Below are positions 8,626 to 17,779 of a stretch of 64,000 bases of DNA, piece after piece. Under the pieces are notes generated by a model. It saw only the letters and a program-made list of their open reading frames with translations, was not told the origin of the DNA and searched no databases. The translations under genes and the position numbers were made by a program. Source of the stretch: Chloroflexota bacterium (GTDB lineage: Bacteria > Chloroflexota > Dormibacteria > CF-121). The stretch is taken from NCBI GenBank assembly GCA_005880615.1, contig VBID01000116.1, positions 1,494 to 65,493 on the forward strand, written 5' to 3'. Position 1 is the first letter of the stretch; each line of letters starts with the position of its first letter.

Positions 8626-9587
8626 TAGCGCGGAATCGCCTTCAGGCCAGATCCGGTAATGATGATGACCGTCCCCGGGGGCAAGTCCAACCGCTCCCCG
8701 GCGGCCAGCGCCGCCGCGGACGTGGGTTCCATCAGCAAGCCCCTGGCCGCCGCCCCCCGCCAGGCCGACTCGATCTCCCGCTCGGCGACCGTCACCCAGC
8801 GGCCGCCGCTGTGGCGCACCGCGTTGTAGCTACGCTCCGACCGGGTTGGCTCCGGGATGCTGATCCCGTCGGCGATGGTCGGCTGCCGGGTGACGGGCGC
8901 CGGGCGGAAATTGGGGAGGCCGCGCACCAGCGGCGCGCAGGCTTCGCTCTGCACCCCGTAGAGGCGCGGCGGCTTGGGCAGCGCACCCGCCGCCACCAGG
9001 TCGGCGAACCCCATGGCCAGGCCGATCAGCACCGTCCCCTGGCCAACCGGCGTCACCACGTCCCGCAGTTCCGCTCCGAGCTCCTCGAAAAGCTCGAAGG
9101 CGATGGTCTTGGTGCCCTCCAGGAAGGCATCGTCCCGGGCATGACCGACGTCATACACATCCGCGGCCGCCGCCACCGTGGCGGCCGTCACCGCCGACCG
9201 TGGGCCAGGGACGCGGATCAGCTCGGCGCCCAGCACTTCGATGGTGCGCGCCTTGACCTCGACGATATCGGCCGGCGCGAAGATCCGCGCCCTAAGCCCG
9301 GCCGCCGCGGCGTAGGCGGCGATGGCGCTGCCGGCATTCCCGGAGGAATCTTCCACGACCGTGTGAGCTCCGGCAGCCCGGGCCGCCGTGATGGCCGTCG
9401 CGGCGCCCCGGTCCTTGAAGGACCCGGTTGGCCCGGCGCCTTCCAGCTTGAGGAGGTATCGGTCCCAGGGGATCAGCGGCGTGCCCCCTTCGCCCAGGGT
9501 GACCGGGTCACCCGGGACGGCCAGGTCAGCCCGGTAGCGCCAGACTCCGCGGCCCCGCCACTCGGACCGATGGAGGCCACCGTTCAT
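8622..9587 (-). CDS. Threonine synthase-like PLP-dependent enzyme (fold type II)
   Basis: TGSFKDRGA PLP-lysine motif. Start placed at MNGGLHRSEW (ATG at the reverse complement of 9585-9587), which overlaps the upstream permease stop (ATGA). Confidence 0.7.
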   Translation of the reverse strand: MNGGLHRSEWRGRGVWRYRADLAVPGDPVTLGEGGTPLIPWDRYLLKLEGAGPTGSFKDRGAATAITAARAAGAHTVVEDSSGNAGSAIAAYAAAAGLRARIFAPADIVEVKARTIEVLGAELIRVPGPRSAVTAATVAAAADVYDVGHARDDAFLEGTKTIAFELFEELGAELRDVVTPVGQGTVLIGLAMGFADLVAAGALPKPPRLYGVQSEACAPLVRGLPNFRPAPVTRQPTIADGISIPEPTRSERSYNAVRHSGGRWVTVAEREIESAWRGAAARGLLMEPTSAAALAAGERLDLPPGTVIIITGSGLKAIPRY

Positions 9588-10357
9588 CGCTGGAGCCGGC
9601 GGGGGAGGACGAGCAGCGGGGCCTGCGCCAGGATCACAGCGACGACGACCATGTAGGCCGCATCCCAGAGCAGCGCGGGCGACGGGTTCCCGGTGACCAG
9701 CGCTCGGCAGATGGTGGCCGCGTGATACAGGGGCGAGACCAGCCAGATGCCATCGCGGATCGCCACCGGCAGCCGGTCCAGCGGAAAGAAGACGCCGCTG
9801 AAGAAGAACATGGGCGTGATCAGCAGGCCAATGTAGTAGAAGAGGTGCTCGAAGTTGTCCATCACGGCCGCCCAGGTGAGGGCCGGGGCGGCGAACAGCG
9901 GGCCCATCAGCACCAGCACCAGGGGGAGGGCCAGGGCCCATGGCGACCGGATCAGGCCCACCGCGAACATCACCAGGGCAAAGGTCATCCCGTAGAGCAG
10001 CGCCCGCGACGCCTGCCAGAAGAATTCGCCGAGCACCAGGTCCTGCGGGGTGATGGGCGCGGTCACGATCGCCTCAAAGACCCGCTTGTCGTGCATGTTG
10101 TTCCAGCTTCCGAACAGGGAATCGAAGGTGACGGCGTTCATGGCCGTGACGGCGATCAGGGCCGGCGCCACGAAGGCGGCGTAGGTCTGGCCCCGGCCCA
10201 GGTTCACGTACGCGCCCAGCGCGAAACCGAACGCCACCAGGTAGAGGAAGGGCTCTCCGAAGTTGAGGATCACGGACGTCTTGAACACCCGGCGCCAGGA
10301 GATGAACTCCCGCCACCAGACGCGACGGGCGCGGACCGGATGGGGCAGCACCACCAT
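9584..10357 (-). CDS. ABC-2 type transporter permease
   Basis: 257 aa with six predicted TM helices, ABC-2 family. Forms an operon with the ATPase immediately upstream. Confidence 0.8.
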   Translation of the reverse strand: MVVLPHPVRARRVWWREFISWRRVFKTSVILNFGEPFLYLVAFGFALGAYVNLGRGQTYAAFVAPALIAVTAMNAVTFDSLFGSWNNMHDKRVFEAIVTAPITPQDLVLGEFFWQASRALLYGMTFALVMFAVGLIRSPWALALPLVLVLMGPLFAAPALTWAAVMDNFEHLFYYIGLLITPMFFFSGVFFPLDRLPVAIRDGIWLVSPLYHAATICRALVTGNPSPALLWDAAYMVVVAVILAQAPLLVLPRRLQR

Positions 10358-10363
10358 GGCTCT

Positions 10364-11302
10364 CTACTCCTCCTGCAGGTCGCGTCCGGTCAGGTGGATG
10401 AACACGTCCTCCAGGGTTGCCGGCCGGATCAGGGCGGTCTCCGTGGGGACGCGGCTGGCGAGCGCGCTCAGGATTCCGGCTGGATCGGCGGTGAAGAGGA
10501 GCAGCCGATCGCCGACCTGTTCCACGCGGCGCACAGCTCGATCCGGCAGATCAGGAGCGGGCGCGTCGACCGGCCACTCGAGCTCCAGCACCTGGGTGCC
10601 GGCGTGCTTCTCGATCAGGGGCCGCGGCGCGCCGGCTTCCACGATGCGGCCGTGGTCCATGATCACCAGCCAGTCGCACAAGCGGCTGGCCTCCTCCATG
10701 TAGTGGGTGGTCAGGATGATGGTGACGCCGCGCTGCTTCAGCTCGGCGAGTCGCTGCCAGACCACCAGGCGAGCCTGGGGATCGAGACCTGTGGTCGGTT
10801 CGTCCAGGATCAGCAGCTCCGGGTCGTTCAGGAGCGCGCGCGCGATCAGCAAGCGGCGCTGCATCCCTCCACTGAGCTCCCACATCCGGCTCTGGGGACG
10901 GGACTGCAGCTGGACGAACTCCAGAAGCCGTTCGGCACGTTCCCGGGCCTCCCGCCGGCCGATGCCAAAGAATCCGGCGAAGACCATCAGGTTCTCCACC
11001 ACGGAGAGGTCGCCGTCCAGATTGTTCGTCTGCGGCACCACGCCGATGCGTTCCCGAATGGCGCGGGATTGGGTCGAGGGATCCAGCTCCAGGACGCGGA
11101 GCGCGCCGCCGGTGCGCATCACCCGGCCATACAGCATGCGCATGGTGGTGGTCTTCCCAGCGCCATTCGGTCCCAGGAAGCCAAAGCACTGGCGGGGCGC
11201 AATGTGGAACGAGATGCCATCGACCGCCTGAACCGAGCCGTAATTCTTCACGAGTTCGCGCGCCTCGACCACTGCATCCACGGCTGGATTAGGGTAGCGC
11301 AC
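10364..11302 (-). CDS. ABC transporter ATP-binding protein (DrrA-like)
   Basis: Walker A GPNGAGKTT, signature LSGGMQRR, Walker B LLILDEPT. Confidence 0.9.
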   Translation of the reverse strand: MRYPNPAVDAVVEARELVKNYGSVQAVDGISFHIAPRQCFGFLGPNGAGKTTTMRMLYGRVMRTGGALRVLELDPSTQSRAIRERIGVVPQTNNLDGDLSVVENLMVFAGFFGIGRREARERAERLLEFVQLQSRPQSRMWELSGGMQRRLLIARALLNDPELLILDEPTTGLDPQARLVVWQRLAELKQRGVTIILTTHYMEEASRLCDWLVIMDHGRIVEAGAPRPLIEKHAGTQVLELEWPVDAPAPDLPDRAVRRVEQVGDRLLLFTADPAGILSALASRVPTETALIRPATLEDVFIHLTGRDLQEE

Positions 11303-11319
11303 GCGCGCTGAAAGCCAGG

Positions 11320-12504
11320 CTAGAGGATCTGCTTCAGCTTGGAGTCGAGCACATCCTGGTCCAGGGTGAATGGCCAGTAGGTGCTCACGGTCCCGTCGCG
11401 GGCGATGAAGACGCTGACCGGCAGCCCGGAGGTCTTGAGCCCGACCCCGTACGCGTCGGCCACCCGGCCACCCGGATCCAGGGCCGGCGCCGGCTGGAGG
11501 CCCATCGAGTCCCAGAAGGCGCGGACCGTGTCGGCCGACTCATCGCCGAAGTCGACGGCGACGACCGCCAATCCCTGGTCGCGGTGGGCGAGGTAGGCCG
11601 ACCGGATCAGCGGCAACTCCTGGCGGCAGGGTGCGCACCAGGTGGCCCAGAAGGTGACCAGGACCGGCTTGCCCTTCAGTCCCGCCAGGCTCACGGGTTG
11701 GCCGTTGAGGTCCGTGAGGCTGAACGCCGGGGCACGCTGGCCCGCTTTGAGCGGCGCGGCCACGGTGGTGGCCGGCAGCGAGACGATCGGCTGGGGAGTA
11801 TCGAAGTACGGAATCATGGAGTTCAAGGCGGTCAGCCGGTTGGTGAAGATGAGCACCCCCATGCCAATCAGGAAGACGGCCGCCACCGCGTTGATGGCAC
11901 CGTACGCGCCGCGAATCCGGCTCAGCGCTTGCATGATGACGCCCGAGAGGCCGGCCGCCAGCAGGAAGGGGATGCCCAGACCAGCCGAGTAGGTGGCCAG
12001 CAGGATGGCGCCCTGGCCGGCCGTGTTGCTGGCACCGGCACGAATCAAGATGGCCGCCAGGATCGGCCCGACGCAGGGGGTCCACCCGACGGCGAAGGCC
12101 AGCCCGACCAGGTAGGCGGTCCATGGCGCTCGGGGCAGGCGATGGGCGATGTCCAGCCGGCGCTCTTGCATCAGCCAGGGAATCCTCCAGATGCCCAGCA
12201 ACGCGACGCCCAGCACGATCAGGGCCACCCCTGCCACCTGCAGCAGGACGGGGCGGAAGGCCTTGATGTCGGCTCCCAGGAGGCCGGCCGAGGCGCCCAA
12301 TGCCACGAAGGCGGTGCTGAAGCCGAGGACGAAGAGGAATGCATTGCCCAGGACGCGCGCCTGCTGCCGGATCCCTGGCTGGGGCGAGCCGGCGGCGACC
12401 TGCCCGCCCATGTAGGCCACATAGGCGGGCACCAGGGGCAGCACGCAGGTGGACGCGAAGGAGAGCAAGCCGGCGACGAAGGCCAGGCCGAGATCGACGA
12501 TCAT
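11320..12504 (-). CDS. ccdA: Cytochrome c biogenesis / thiol-disulfide membrane protein: CcdA(DsbD-core)-TlpA-like thioredoxin fusion
   Basis: Polytopic N-terminal domain with the conserved Cys pair (STCVLP...TPCVGP). C-terminal thioredoxin-like domain with WCAPC. Confidence 0.85.
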   Translation of the reverse strand: MIVDLGLAFVAGLLSFASTCVLPLVPAYVAYMGGQVAAGSPQPGIRQQARVLGNAFLFVLGFSTAFVALGASAGLLGADIKAFRPVLLQVAGVALIVLGVALLGIWRIPWLMQERRLDIAHRLPRAPWTAYLVGLAFAVGWTPCVGPILAAILIRAGASNTAGQGAILLATYSAGLGIPFLLAAGLSGVIMQALSRIRGAYGAINAVAAVFLIGMGVLIFTNRLTALNSMIPYFDTPQPIVSLPATTVAAPLKAGQRAPAFSLTDLNGQPVSLAGLKGKPVLVTFWATWCAPCRQELPLIRSAYLAHRDQGLAVVAVDFGDESADTVRAFWDSMGLQPAPALDPGGRVADAYGVGLKTSGLPVSVFIARDGTVSTYWPFTLDQDVLDSKLKQIL

Positions 12505-12520
12505 CGGACGACTAGCTTAG

Positions 12521-12754
12521 TTAGACTCGCCGCTCCTCCGTGGGCAGCTTTCGGACCCAGGCCCGCAGGCGCGCTGGGGCCTCGTCCTGGCAGCACTCCT
12601 TGCGGACCAGTCGCTTCAGGCCAGCCTGCAGCTCAAAGATCTGCAGACAGGGCGGGCAGTCGTCCAGGTGCCGCTGCACCTCTCCCAGTTCGCCGGCGGT
12701 CAGCTCCCGGTCGACGAAGGCGTTCAGCTGGTCGCCGCATTCGTTGCAGTTCAC
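12521..12754 (-). CDS. Anti-sigma factor, ZAS family (RsrA-like)
   Basis: 77 aa. HLDDCPPC matches the H-x3-C-x2-C zinc-binding ZAS motif. Overlaps the sigma factor gene by 4 nt. Confidence 0.8.
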   Translation of the reverse strand: MNCNECGDQLNAFVDRELTAGELGEVQRHLDDCPPCLQIFELQAGLKRLVRKECCQDEAPARLRAWVRKLPTEERRV

Positions 12755-13377
12755 GAAACCCCGCCTCCAATCGCGGCCGCCTGAGGCTGCCGCCCGGAAT
12801 ACTCCCAGAGCTTCTTTTGCAGGCTCCGCCGACCGCGGTGCAGGCGCGACATCACGGTGCCGATCTTGATGCCCAGGATCTTGGCGACCTCCTTATAAGA
12901 GAAGTCTTCCACATCGACCAGGATCACCACCATCCGCATCGGGACCGGGAGCTCCTCCAGCGCCCGCCGGACTTCGTTGCCGAAGCCGCGCTCCACGATC
13001 AGCTGCTCGGGCGTCATCAGGTGGAGGGGCAGGCCCTCGCGCTCCAGCTGCTGATAGATGTAAGCGTCGTTGGACGGCTCATCGATGGATTCCTGGATGG
13101 GCGGGCGCTGGCGCAGCTTGTTCCGAAAGACATTGGTCATGATGGTGAAGAGCCACGCCTTTTCGTTGGTTCCAGGCGTGAACCGCTTCCGATAGCGAAA
13201 GGCTCGCAAATACGTCTCCTGCACGAGATCTTCGGCGTCTTCCGGCTTGCGTGTTAGCCGCAGCGCGCTGCGATACAGCGCATCGAGATGGCGCTCGAAT
13301 ACCGTGAAATCGTCATTCTGTTCAACGCGGGAGCCGGCCGTTCTATTCCGATCCTCGGTGCCGGTGGCGGGAGTCAT
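12751..13377 (-). CDS. ECF sigma factor (SigR/SigH-like)
   Basis: Sigma-70 region 2 (DLVQETYLRAF) and region 4 (EVAKILGIKIGTVMSRLHRGR). Start set at the ATG (MTPATGTEDR...) that overlaps the upstream ORF stop (ATGA). The long RP-rich in-frame extension is rejected. Confidence 0.85.
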   Translation of the reverse strand: MTPATGTEDRNRTAGSRVEQNDDFTVFERHLDALYRSALRLTRKPEDAEDLVQETYLRAFRYRKRFTPGTNEKAWLFTIMTNVFRNKLRQRPPIQESIDEPSNDAYIYQQLEREGLPLHLMTPEQLIVERGFGNEVRRALEELPVPMRMVVILVDVEDFSYKEVAKILGIKIGTVMSRLHRGRRSLQKKLWEYSGRQPQAAAIGGGVS

Positions 13378-13949
13378 GGGGCTGGCGATGGGCCACTCCG
13401 CGGCGGGCCGCCGCGTCGCCTTCCGCGGCGCCGTCCGCGCCGGCGTCCGGGTCCGCCCTCGCCTCCCTGACCGGGCGGGCCGCCCTGGCCTGGCCCCGGA
13501 CCTGGCTGCTGACCGGGCCTGGACTGGGGCCGCGGTGGCCGGGGTTGCCGCGGTGCACGCGGCTCGTTGCGCTGGGGTCGCTGGCTGCCTGCGTCCGGAC
13601 GCGGCGTCTGTTGTCCCTCGGGCCGCGGCGGGCCGCCTCGACCGCGACGACCGCGCCGCCGGCCGCGTTCGTCCGGCTCTGCTCGGCGGGTGGGGGCCGG
13701 GACCAGCCGGTCCAGGCCCTTCGGTCGCCGGCGCCGGATCAGGGAGCCCTGTTGATTGGGACTGGCATCGGATTGCTGGACGCGATCGGTGAACTCGGCC
13801 AGCCATTCCTCAAGGGGGCGTTTGATCTGCGGCTTCGGCGCCCGCGGCACTTCGGGCCAGACCCGCGGCCGATCGGGGACGATCGTTTCCGGCGGGCTCA
13901 GGTCCTCGTTCAGGATCTCGGACTGTGTCGGCGGCTCCAGCTCGGGCAT
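13374..13949 (-). CDS. Hypothetical Arg/Pro/Gly-rich disordered basic protein, translationally coupled to the ECF sigma gene
   Basis: N-terminus MPELEPPTQSEILNEDLSPPETIVPDRPRVWPEVP is non-repetitive; the rest is an R/G/P-rich tail. Its TGA overlaps the sigma ATG. The 5' end overlaps the tail of the upstream gene in another frame, so the exact start is uncertain. Confidence 0.4.
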   Translation of the reverse strand: MPELEPPTQSEILNEDLSPPETIVPDRPRVWPEVPRAPKPQIKRPLEEWLAEFTDRVQQSDASPNQQGSLIRRRRPKGLDRLVPAPTRRAEPDERGRRRGRRGRGGPPRPEGQQTPRPDAGSQRPQRNEPRAPRQPRPPRPQSRPGQQPGPGPGQGGPPGQGGEGGPGRRRGRRRGRRRGGPPRSGPSPAP

Positions 13950-14736
13950 CTCCCAGCATGTTAGCGGGCAGGCCTTCCCATTCCACCAGGAAACGGCGCC
14001 GGAAGCGAAGCAGGGCCGCCACCACCGGTTGTCCCAAAAGCAGAATCAGGATGGCGTTGCCTCCGGCCCGAAAACTGTCATACACGAGCGAGGTGGCCAC
14101 GTAGAAGGTGCCGAACCGGCGCAGCAGCTCAGCCGGCGGCAGGCCCGCCGCCCAGCTGATGGAGGTGGACTGCCCCCCCACGAAGAGCGGCCATTGCCAC
14201 AGGTCGAGTAGGGCGCCAAAAGCAAAGCCACTGGCGATGCCCCAGCCGGCCAGCACCAGCATGGGCGGCCGTGACAGGCGCCGGCCCATCGCTGACCCAA
14301 CCAATCCGGCCCCGGCGCCCACCCAGCCGCAGCCCAGCATCTGGTACGGCAGCCAGGGGCCGAACCCGGCGGTGAAGACCGCCGACAGGAGCAACGTCAG
14401 CGCTCCCATGGCAAAGCCGATGCCGGGACCAAAAACGTATCCGCAGACCAGGATGAGGAAAAAGATGGGCGAGAACCCGGCCACGCCGACGACCGCGGCC
14501 AGCCGCAGGGCCGCATCCACCGCGATCAGGGCGGCCAGCACCGCGGCCAGGCGTGCCGACAGCCGATGCGTCTGCAGCGCCAGCGCCAGCAACAGCGCGA
14601 CCGCGGCGACCACAAACGAGACCAGCAAGCCGGTGGAGGCGCGCGGACCCGACCAGAGGGGAAGCACGAAGGCGCCCAGGCCGGCGAGGCTGACCAGTCC
14701 GAAGACGATGGGCTCGACCGGCCGGGTCAGGGTCAT
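13810..14736 (-). CDS. Polytopic membrane protein, ECF-transporter substrate-capture (S) component-like
   Basis: About 7 TM helices and a low-complexity C-terminal tail. Last gene of the EcfT/EcfA operon downstream of a cobalamin riboswitch. Confidence 0.55.
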   Translation of the reverse strand: MTLTRPVEPIVFGLVSLAGLGAFVLPLWSGPRASTGLLVSFVVAAVALLLALALQTHRLSARLAAVLAALIAVDAALRLAAVVGVAGFSPIFFLILVCGYVFGPGIGFAMGALTLLLSAVFTAGFGPWLPYQMLGCGWVGAGAGLVGSAMGRRLSRPPMLVLAGWGIASGFAFGALLDLWQWPLFVGGQSTSISWAAGLPPAELLRRFGTFYVATSLVYDSFRAGGNAILILLLGQPVVAALLRFRRRFLVEWEGLPANMLGDARAGAADTVRDPERGPEPAGNDRPRSAAGLARSAAGAEAADQTPP

Positions 14737-16256
14737 CCGGGTGATGGCAGGGGAACCTCATCGGGGAGGAGCCAGCCCTTCCCCAGCAATTTGTTGACCT
14801 GCGTGGCGAAGACCAGCGAGTCCGTCAGGACGGCCCGGGGAGCGCCCTCGGCATAGATGGCGCCTTCCGACATCAGCGCCACCCGGTCGGCGGCGCGGGC
14901 CGCCCACTCCACGTCGTGGGTGGCGATCAGGATGCTGGCACCGGCATCGGCGCGAACCCGCAGGTAGGCGGCCAGGTTGCGCTTGGCGTCCGGGTCGAGA
15001 CCGCGGGTGGGCTCATCCAGCAGGACCACGTCGGCTCGCCCTGCCGCCGCGGCAATCGCCACCCGTTGCCGTTCTCCGGTGCTCAGGTCGCGCGGATACC
15101 GGGGCAGCCAGTCCGCCACGCCCAGCGGCAGCATGGAACCTGGATGATCCTTGACCTCCTCCTGCACCGTGGGCGCGTAGAGCAGCGTGTCGGCATCCTG
15201 GGGGACGTAGGCGACCGTGCCCTGCCGGGTGACGCGACCGCGAGCCGGGCTTAAGAGGCCTGCGACCAGCTTCAGGAGCGTCGTCTTGCCCGAACCGTTG
15301 CGACCCATTAGGACTGCGATCTCACCACGGTGTAGGCGCAGCGAGGCGTCCCGCAGGGCAGGGGTCCCGTTGTAGTTGAAGGCCGCGCCCGCCACTTCGG
15401 CGGTGGACGCTGGCGGCGATACACGATCCACACGAGCGGCCTGGCCGAGCGTGGCCCGCAAGCCGGCCGCCGCCCGGCGCGCTTCGCCCAGGGTGATCGG
15501 GATGGGGTCCCATCCGGCTCGGACGGCCAGGTCGACAATCGGCGGCCGGGCCCCGCCCTCGCCCAACGCTACGCGAGGCGAGGCATCCGCGATGGGCGCC
15601 CCCGGAGCCGTCAGCGTAAAGACGCGATCGACGAAGGGCGCGATCCGTTCCACTCGATGCTCGGCGATGACGACGGTGAGCCCCAGCTCGCTGACCAGCC
15701 GGGCGAGCACCTGCAAGACGTCTTCGGCCGCCTGCGGATCGAGCTGCGAGGTCGGTTCATCCAGCGCCAGCACCGACGGATGGGTGACCAGGGTGGCGGC
15801 GATCGCTACCCGCTGCCGTTCCCCCCCCGAGAGGGTGCGAATCGCGCGATGGCGCAGGCCGGCGATGCCCACCTGGTCCAGGACTTCCTCCACCCGCTTG
15901 CGCATCAGCGGGCGGGGAAGGCCGAGATTCTCCAGGCCGAAGGCCAGCTCGGATTCGACGTCCTCCAGCACGAATTGCGCGTCGGGATGCTGGAAGACGA
16001 ACCCGACGTGGGCGCCGAGCTGGCGAGGCGGGACGGTCCGGGTGTCGAGGCCGTCGACCACCACGCGGCCACTGAAGTGGCCCCCACTGCTGTGCGGAAC
16101 CAGTCCGTTCAAGCAGCGGAGCAGCGTCGACTTACCGCTCCCAGACGGCCCACGAACCAGAATGACGTGCCCGGGGTCGATCCGGGCGGAGAAGTCGGCG
16201 ATCACCGGCTGCTCCGTCTCCGGGTAGCGGAAGGTCAGGCGGTCAAACGTGATCAA
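14733..16256 (-). CDS. ECF transporter ATPase with duplicated ABC domains (EcfA1-EcfA2 fusion)
   Basis: Two Walker A motifs (GPSGSGKST, GRNGSGKTT) and two signature/Walker B sets in 507 aa. Confidence 0.85.
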   Translation of the reverse strand: MITFDRLTFRYPETEQPVIADFSARIDPGHVILVRGPSGSGKSTLLRCLNGLVPHSSGGHFSGRVVVDGLDTRTVPPRQLGAHVGFVFQHPDAQFVLEDVESELAFGLENLGLPRPLMRKRVEEVLDQVGIAGLRHRAIRTLSGGERQRVAIAATLVTHPSVLALDEPTSQLDPQAAEDVLQVLARLVSELGLTVVIAEHRVERIAPFVDRVFTLTAPGAPIADASPRVALGEGGARPPIVDLAVRAGWDPIPITLGEARRAAAGLRATLGQAARVDRVSPPASTAEVAGAAFNYNGTPALRDASLRLHRGEIAVLMGRNGSGKTTLLKLVAGLLSPARGRVTRQGTVAYVPQDADTLLYAPTVQEEVKDHPGSMLPLGVADWLPRYPRDLSTGERQRVAIAAAAGRADVVLLDEPTRGLDPDAKRNLAAYLRVRADAGASILIATHDVEWAARAADRVALMSEGAIYAEGAPRAVLTDSLVFATQVNKLLGKGWLLPDEVPLPSPG

Positions 16257-17079
16257 CGGCAGCCCTACGACTGACCGCGTTCAGCCACGCGGGAATAGAG
16301 AGAGGAACCAACAACACGATCAGGGCGGTTTGCGGCAGCCCCGGTGCCAGCTGGAGGTAGGGGTCATACCCCGACGGCGCCAGCATCGTGGCGGCTAGCG
16401 CGCCGATGGCGCCCAGCAGGACCAGCCCGTCCGCCAGACCCCAGCGCGAGGGGTGGTAGCGCGTCCGGCGCTGGCACCCAAATCCGCGAGCGTCCAGGGA
16501 TTCGGCATATTGCAGCGCCCGCTCCAGGGTGGTGAGGAGGACCGGCAGCAGCAGGCCGAGCCCCGTTCTCCATCCGGCCCGCACGCCGCGTAGCCGGCGC
16601 GTTTCGCTCACCGCCTGCAGGGAGGCCAGGGCCTGGGGGACCAACGCCAGGGCCAGCGCGACCAGCGTTCCGAGTCGATAGAGCGGCCGGGGCAGCACCG
16701 CCAGGAGGTCGGCGGTCCGCAGCGCGGACTGGGCGATGGCGAACACCAGCACGGTTAGCAGCAGGGCGGCACCGGTGCTGGCCCCATACAGTGCAGCCTC
16801 CACAGTCCAGGCGCCGCCGATGACCGGGAGGTGCGAGGGGAGACGGAACAGCACGTGAGAACCGAAGCGGCTGAAGACCAGCGAGAACAGAATCGGCAGC
16901 AGGCCCAGGGCCAGGGCGGCGCGCCAGTATCCGATCGATCGGTCGTGCCGGGCCGCAATCCAGACGGTTAGCAGGATAGCGAGCAGCAGGAGCTGCAGAT
17001 AGGGATTGCGCTCCACGAGGGCGGCGGCGATCGCCGCCAGCGCCCAGGCGCACCACGTCAGCGGGTTGAGGCCGGTCAT
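16243..17079 (-). CDS. ECF transporter transmembrane component (EcfT/CbiQ family)
   Basis: Start set at MTGLNPLTW (ATG at the reverse complement of 17077-17079). The 228-aa upstream extension in the ORF track overlaps the next gene in another frame and is rejected. 5-6 TM helices. Confidence 0.7.
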   Translation of the reverse strand: MTGLNPLTWCAWALAAIAAALVERNPYLQLLLLAILLTVWIAARHDRSIGYWRAALALGLLPILFSLVFSRFGSHVLFRLPSHLPVIGGAWTVEAALYGASTGAALLLTVLVFAIAQSALRTADLLAVLPRPLYRLGTLVALALALVPQALASLQAVSETRRLRGVRAGWRTGLGLLLPVLLTTLERALQYAESLDARGFGCQRRTRYHPSRWGLADGLVLLGAIGALAATMLAPSGYDPYLQLAPGLPQTALIVLLVPLSIPAWLNAVSRRAAVDHV

Positions 17080-17774
17080 GGACCCCGTCGCAACAGGTTC
17101 CACGCACTGAGGCCGGCCAGCGCCAGCAGGCTCCCGCCCAGCGCGCCCAACGGTCCCGCGGCGGATGAGGATGACGGTGGCCTGGGGCTTGGTCTCGGCG
17201 TCGCCATGGCAACCGGTGTGCGGAGATCGGGTGATGAGGACGGCGATGGGAAGGGGGTTGGCGCCGCGGTCGGCGGGACCGTCGATGCGGTCGGTGTGCT
17301 GGCGGTTGGCCGCGGCGGCGGCGCGCAGATCTGCTCCACCGTCCAGGCGGGCAGCATCTGGCCGGCCCGGTCGCTGTAGAGCCATCCATCCATGTCCCCG
17401 TTGCGCAGGATCCATTCGCTGGCGCCCAGCTGAGACGGAACCCATCGACTCCCGGCTCTGTGCAAGTACTGCCAGTAGGGACCCGTGCCGAGACAGTTGG
17501 CCGGTACCGGCGAAGGCTCGCCGTCGAGCTGGCAGATGGCCTGACCCATAGACCCGTACGACTGTGCCTGGTAGGAAAGGCCCGAGCGCTGGATGAGCGC
17601 AAAGCCCGAGATCTGGTCCTCCACGAAGGTGACGCAGCGCGTCACCAGCCGTCCGCTGGCGTGCTCGATCACCAGGCCGGCCCGGTGGACGGCCGCGTGC
17701 GCGGGATGGCCAAGGACCACGGCGGCGGCGCCCACCAGGCCGACCGCCGCCAACACGCGCCAAAGGAGCCGCAA
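17076..17774 (-). CDS. Secreted DUF4430-like protein with Pro/Thr-rich linker and C-terminal hydrophobic anchor
   Basis: Signal peptide. C-terminal pattern WQYLHRAG...ILRNGDMDGWLY resembles the DUF4430 (transcobalamin-like) signature. The ATG overlaps the EcfT start region (ATGA coupling). Confidence 0.55.
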   Translation of the reverse strand: MRLLWRVLAAVGLVGAAAVVLGHPAHAAVHRAGLVIEHASGRLVTRCVTFVEDQISGFALIQRSGLSYQAQSYGSMGQAICQLDGEPSPVPANCLGTGPYWQYLHRAGSRWVPSQLGASEWILRNGDMDGWLYSDRAGQMLPAWTVEQICAPPPRPTASTPTASTVPPTAAPTPFPSPSSSPDLRTPVAMATPRPSPRPPSSSSAAGPLGALGGSLLALAGLSAWNLLRRGP

Positions 17775-17779
17775 TCCCT

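Noticed and set aside
8622-9941. 439-aa version of the ThrC-like gene.
   Set aside because: The upstream 118 aa overlap the ABC-2 permease gene in another frame. The start is taken at the ATG that overlaps the permease stop.
12751-13806. 351-aa version of the ECF sigma factor with a 143-aa Arg/Pro/Ala-rich N-terminal extension.
   Set aside because: Sigma region 2 begins right after the internal ATG at 13377. That ATG overlaps the TGA of a separate upstream ORF (ATGA coupling). The extension is low-complexity read-through.
16243-17763. 506-aa EcfT ORF.
   Set aside because: The N-terminal 228 aa overlap the DUF4430-like gene in another frame and are Arg/Gly-rich. The true start is taken as MTGLNPLTW at 17079, overlapping the upstream stop.
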